Shown here: in pieces, positions 58,440 to 64,000 of the stretch | Numbering within the stretch: the first letter of the stretch is position 1 | How the letters are laid out: each line of letters starts with the position of its first letter | Source: Nemertoderma westbladi | Taxonomy: Eukaryota; Animalia; Xenacoelomorpha | Direction of reading: 5' to 3' | DNA: 64,000 nucleotides | Assembly: GCA_032718475.1 (NCBI GenBank) | Contig: JAUCBJ010001066.1 | Coordinates: 7,066-71,065 of the forward strand | Notes under the pieces: generated by a model | What the model was told of the DNA's origin: nothing | Databases searched by the model: none | The model's input: the letters and a program-made list of their open reading frames with translations, nothing else | Position numbers and translations under genes: made by a program

Positions 58440-59300
58440 GCATTAAGATTGCTATGTCAGCGTATCGACAAATTTTCACCCCACAACTCCCTATTCCCTA
58501 TGACTTTATCCGCATCTTCAAGGTCAGTGTCCTTTAAGAGGTGTCTCAAGAAAGTCAAGGGATGTCCAGGTCCACCATGCTCATATCTTTTTCCATCAGG
58601 CCTTCCGCGCACAAGATCGTGCTCGGCGAAAGCAATGACCCACAAAGCGGATGTGGCAATGTTCAACTATCATTGTGGGACTAATCAGACAATTATAATG
58701 CTTTATAAGCCGGCATAGTATTCATAATGCACGCTGCATTGGAGCATGCCAGTTCTGAATTGCATGGTGGTGTGGCAAAAATATGTTTGTTAAGCCAGCA
58801 TAGTATCTCAATGTGAAGTTTCAATGCAGCAAGGCCAATTTTACTCGTTAAGTCTAATGTTGTATAGGTCTGGTTAGAGATATTTGATTTATACTTGTCA
58901 CATGAACCCGGGATTTCGTGTCCTCAGCGATTAGAGCCCAGCATGGCCTCCCGTAAAGGAGTTCTGGTTCTGCTATTGCTAATTGAACCTTAAGATTCCA
59001 ATGAATTCTACATGTCTTCTGAATTCCGGACTTCCCATTAATACTTCCCATGCCTCCCCTTCACGTATTCGAAGGCCTTACGTATAATCTACTCTACCAG
59101 CACGATTGGTATTAATGCTCTGTTCAGCCGTCTTGAATACAGTAAAGGCCGCTGATTGGTATCATTTGCGAATCCAGACTCAGATATAAGATCTCTCAAA
59201 GTATCAGCTCAGGCCCAACCCTGTCTCTCAAAGTGGTCCTTAATCATAGAGTCGATCAGCTGGAGAATCTAATCCGCCTTATGTAAATTGTCGCCTTGTC
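58440..59300 (-). mobile_element. Highly degraded RTE-like LINE remnant
   Basis: Minus-strand fragments LKVQL..EPELLYG..CWAL and GHPLTFLRHLLKDTDL...NRELW resemble RTE ORF2 C-termini. Confidence 0.45.
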
Positions 59301-59499
59301 TTCCCGGTCACATCTTGTTCTTCCGATGTGTTCCCGGTTATTCGATTGCCATGGCTGAGTTGGAACCGGCCGTGTTAATGGCATGCTTATTGATGATGAT
59401 AAGCTCCTATAAATTTGCTTAGTACTGCTGCATGTTTGGGGACTTATATCCAGCCCTAACTGCATGGTTGGCCATCTTACTGTGGTCTGTTTGAACCGG

Positions 59500-61025
59500 T
59501 TACGCGAACTTTGTTGCAATGAGAGATAGTAGTTCAACTGCGGACTTTGTTCCAATAGAATCGAACTTTGTTCCAATAGATGCAAACTTTGTTCCAATGG
59601 ATGCGAACATTGTTTCAATAGATGCGAACTTTGTTCCAATTTCAAAAATTACCTTTGATATTTCAACTACATTATAATATAATATAATAAAGTTTTACAC
59701 AATATATAATAAAGTTTTGGCAGACAGGAAGCATTGGGTACTTTTAGAAAGATAAGGAACACGTCTGTGCTAATTGGCAAGTTAAACAGAACACAATGAC
59801 AAAAATCAACCTGGGGCAATATTACACTGCAGCTGTCTACCACTGTATCTTCTTAATTAATACAAATGCCGCCATAGTCTACCAATTTTCAAATAAGTAC
59901 TTTCAGACTTCACCCTTGTGTTAATGCGTGATTAGAACGAAACTTTTCGATTCTCTATATAGAGCATCCCGCACCATAGTCTCTACACCATACGTCCCGA
60001 GTCTCGCTAGGAAATAGTTGGTATATATTCGATTCATAATCGAAATATCTTGTTGTTATGCCGGTATTATTATATTAGTCATTAAAACCTAAGGGGTGGG
60101 GTTCATTGGAAGAAAGTTCGCATCCTATTGGAACAAAGTTCGCAACTATTGGAACAAAGTTCGCAACTATTGGAACAAAGTTCGCAACTATTGGAACAAA
60201 GTACGCAACTATTGGAACAAAGTTCGCAACTATTGGAACAAAGTACGCAACTATTGGAACAAAGTTCGCAACTATTGGAACAAAGTTCGCAACTATTGGA
60301 ACAAAGTTCGCAACTATTGGAACAAAGTACGCAACTATTGGAACAAAGTTCGCAACTATTGGAACAAAGTTCGCAACCCATTGGAACAAAGTTCGCAACT
60401 TTTGGAACAATGTTCGCAACTATTGGAATAAAGTTCGCAACTCACTGGAACAAAGTTCGCAAATGTTGGTTTTGGAACAAAGTGCCGTCCTCGCTTTTAG
60501 AAAGATAAGGACACGTTTGTGCTAATTGGCCAGTTAAACAGACTGACAGAAATCAACCTGGGGCAATATTACACTGCAGCTCACCACTGTCTCTTCTTAA
60601 TTAATAAAGATGCCGTTTTTCAAGATTTTCAAATAGGTATTTTCAGACTTCACCCGTGTGATAATGCAAGCTTAAGGTATCAGGACGAAACTTGTTGATT
60701 CTCTATAAAGGGCATCCCACACTGTAGTCTCTACACCATAACTCTCGCCTTACAGTATAGGCCTAATCTGATAAGTTATGGACTACAACACTGAAGAAAA
60801 TAGATGGTATATTATTATATTCGTAATCGTAATATGGAATCATAATATATCGTAATATGGAACAAAGTTCGCAACCACTTGGAACAAAGTTCGCAACCCA
60901 TTGGAACAAAGTTCGCAACCACTTGGAACAAAGTTCGCAACCCATTGGAACAAAGTTCGCAACCACTTGGAACAAAGTTCGCAACCCATTGGAACAAAGT
61001 TCGCAAAAGTAGGTTTTGGAACAAA
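59500..61025 (+). mobile_element. Two further tandem copies of the 21-bp-minisatellite-bearing element, with an inverted array at the left end
   Basis: Minus-orientation units GCGAACTTTGTTCCAAT at about 59500-59640; body 59640-60104; array 60105-60483; second body 60495-60810; 22-bp array 60857-61025. Confidence 0.75.
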
Positions 61026-62342
61026 ATACTCATAAGGTCTTCTCGGAATTTCCGACTATGGTGCTCATTCCGGGCCCCGGTATCCTTATTTTCTGTTTTG
61101 AGGATGTACTTGTGATTATAAACCGGACACGATTGGCCTCACAGAGGATCGGATTACAGACATGTAATATGTCAATGATCTAAGTGACATATAGAGGGAT
61201 TATTATTATTAGTTAAAGATCGATTAATAATGATTGATAGTTAATTACCCATGTTCTCCGGGTCAGACTAGTTTAAATGTCCTCGTGCCCCCCCCCCCCC
61301 CCCCCCCCCCCCTTGACAAGGGTTATTTTTATTCGTCGCATTTTAAATAAATAAATAAAAACCTGCCAGACATAATAGTTGCATTAGCAACCTTTCAAAT
61401 GCGTCAAAGAAAGTGAAGATTTGCGTTTCTTGTTTTTTTTCTGAATAAATATTCTTCATTATTTACTTTATATTAGTTATTTAGTTTTCTTTACTGGTTT
61501 GGTGTATTGTTTGTATTTTGTAGTTATAATTTGTGCTTGCACTTATGTACTGTATCTATGTTTGTGGCGGTAAATCTATTCTGTGCAATAATTATATTAT
61601 ATTGCTTCTTTGCTTCTTCGATAATAACAATAATGATAGCAGATTATATGGCATCTTAATATAATTGAAAATGACAATAAGAACTTTTTGTGCATTAGAT
61701 TTGTGATCAAATAATTGGAAAGGCGTATAGTGTGATAGCAGAAGCTGAAGCTACGTACAAATGTACATATATCAAGTTACAACGGTGATGTGGGTATATC
61801 TCTTTATGCGCAGATAGGAAAACTACTATGACAATAATTTGACACGCTCCATACTTATATATCCGTGCCCCCAGACTTATGGGGTAACTTAATTTAAACA
61901 ACATCGAACAAAGGAAATCTGTTTCCTGTATTCTGAGGCATACAGTATATACAGTAGGCCCCTAACGTTGTATTACTTCATGAAACAGTAAAGGAAAGGA
62001 AAGGGGTGATCACAGGTCATGTCAATACCTATTTGCTTTCTTAAACGAACTTTTCGGTTGACCTGATAAGAACTCACGAATGTGTCACAATCGGTTTATA
62101 TTCACCTAATAAGAATGGAAAAAGGTATTTGTCAATAAACTTCTATAAAGTATTTATCCTGAAACTTTTACACTTTCGTAGAGCCTTTACCTGAAATCCT
62201 TTCAATTTAAATAATTTCGACAATAATGAACCATGATCGGATGTCATAGTATATAGTAATCATGTTAACTATTCGATATCGAACGAATAATATATACTGC
62301 ATAATATATAGACTGCGAAATATAACCGTCGGTCTAACGCCA

Positions 62343-63615
62343 ATGGTTCTCTTTATACTTCATGGTTCACTTAGCCTACTATGGTTCTCTTTATACTTCA
62401 TGGTTCACTTAGCCTACTATGGTTCTCTTTATACTTCATGGTTCACTTAGCCTACTATGGTTCTCTTTATACTTCATGGTTCACTTAGCCTACTATGGTT
62501 CTCTTTGTACTTCATGGTTCACTTAGCCTACTATGGTTCTCTTTATACTTCATGGTTCACTTAGCCTACTATGGTTCTCTTTATACTTCATGGTTCACTT
62601 CGCCTACTATGGTTCTCTTTATACTTCATGGTTCACTTAGCCTACAATTGTTCTCTTTATACTTCATGGTTCACTTAGCCTACTATGGTTCTCTTTATAC
62701 TTCATGGTTCACTTAGCCTACTATGGTTCTCTTTGTACTTCATGGTTCACTTAGCCTACTATGGTTCTCTTTATACTTCATGGTTCACTTAGCCTACTAT
62801 GGTTCTCTTTATACTTCATGGTTCACTTCTACCTACTATGGTTCTCTTTATACTTCATGGTTCACTTAGCCTAGTATGGTTCTCTTTATACTTCATGGTT
62901 CACTTAGCCTACTATGGTTTCTCTTTATACTTCATGGTTCACTTAGCCTACTATGGTTCTCTTTATACTTCATGGTTCACTTAGCCTACTATGGTTCTCT
63001 TTATACTTCTCATGGTTCACTTCGCCTACTATGGTTCTCTTTATACTTCATGGTTCACTTAGCCTACTATGGTTCTCTTTATACTTCATGGTTCACTTAG
63101 CCTACTATGGTTATCTTTATACTTCATGGTCCACTTAGCCTACTATGGTTCTCTTTATACTTCTCATGGTTCCACTTAGCCTACTATGGTTCTCTTTATA
63201 CTTCATGGTTCACTTCTACCTACTATGGTTCTCTTTATACTTCATGGTTCACTTAGCCTACTATGGTTCTCTTTATACTTCATGGTTCACTTAGCCTACT
63301 ATGGTTCTCTTTATACTTCATGGTTCACTTCTACCTACTATGGTTCTCTTTATACTTCATGGTTCACTTCTACCTACTATGGTTCTCTTTATACTTCATG
63401 GTTCACTTAGCCTACTATGGTTCTCTTTATACTTCATGGTTCACTTAGCCTACTATGGTTCTCTTTATACTTCATGGTTCACTTAGCCTACTATGGTTCT
63501 CTTTATACTTCATGGTTCACTTCGCCTACTATGGTTCTCTTTATACTTCATGGTTCACTTAGCCTACTATGGTTCTCTTTATACTTCATGGTTCACTTAG
63601 CCTACTATGGTTCTC
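62343..63615 (+). repeat. 38-bp tandem array, about 33 units
   Basis: (ATGGTTCTCTTTATACTTCATGGTTCACTTAGCCTACT)n. Confidence 0.95.
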
Positions 63616-63718
63616 ACAACAGATACTTTTGGGGAACCCAAAATGCAACCAACTATCGTTAAAAGTTACGATAAACCTTTCGGCAAAAATCGTATTACTC
63701 CTTCTTTAGCGAACTACA
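63601..63718 (+). other. Candidate exon following the 38-bp array
   Basis: After CACTTAG| the frame PTMVLTTDTFGEPKMQPTIVKSYDKPFGKNRITPSLANY is open (stop at 63757); weak donor GTAACT at 63719; no homology recognised. Confidence 0.25.
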
Positions 63719-64000
63719 GTAACTTCATATTCTCATTATTCATTAACGTTTCTCATTAAAGGACACGTCAACATTATTTATAAAACTATCAAAGACATCT
63801 AATTAGATATCAAAGTCGGCTTGAATACATGACGTTGTAATGAGAAGGTACAGTACAGTACAGTACTGTATGGTATGGTTGGCTTTTAGATTATGCATCG
63901 CGAGTTCCAAAGAATCCTTAGTGCAATTATTTCGATAAAAGATTCTCTAAAAGAATCTTTGAAGATGGATGGATCTCCTGTAATTAGCCGATACATTAGG

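Noticed and set aside
62262-63662. Hydrophobic repeated ORFs (MVLFILHGSL...)
   Set aside because: Translation artefacts of the 38-bp array.

Overview
Eukaryotic (animal-like, AT-rich, spliceosomal-intron-containing) genomic DNA, not prokaryotic. Host genes: the 3' part of an hnRNP U/UL1-like gene (SPRY + P-loop + RGG; +, 3-1286), an intronless RNASEH2A (-, 9093-9995), a 7-exon ATG7 (+, 16206-51116, about 684 aa, last intron GC-AG), an intronless CPPED1-like metallophosphoesterase nested antisense in ATG7 intron 5, and an orphan acidic repeat ORF (57673-58260). ATG7 intron 3 holds a 19-kb BEL/Pao LTR retrotransposon (near-identical LTRs, GTGAA target-site duplication, RT and integrase missing) whose leader carries five about 1.27-kb Helitron/HINE-like elements, one nested in another, each with X-box-like palindromes every about 150 bp. 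The most striking pattern: three of six ATG7 introns are inflated by tandem arrays whose unit is the exon-intron junction itself (29 bp x about 142 donors, 58 bp x about 31 donors, 68 bp x 6 acceptors). In each only the exon-adjacent splice site keeps the reading frame. A fourth array (38 bp, 62343-63615) has the same architecture at a candidate acceptor. Also present: a 5'-truncated LINE with poly(A), several LINE remnants, and a dispersed element carrying 21-bp minisatellite arrays. All alignments, counts and family assignments were done by eye.
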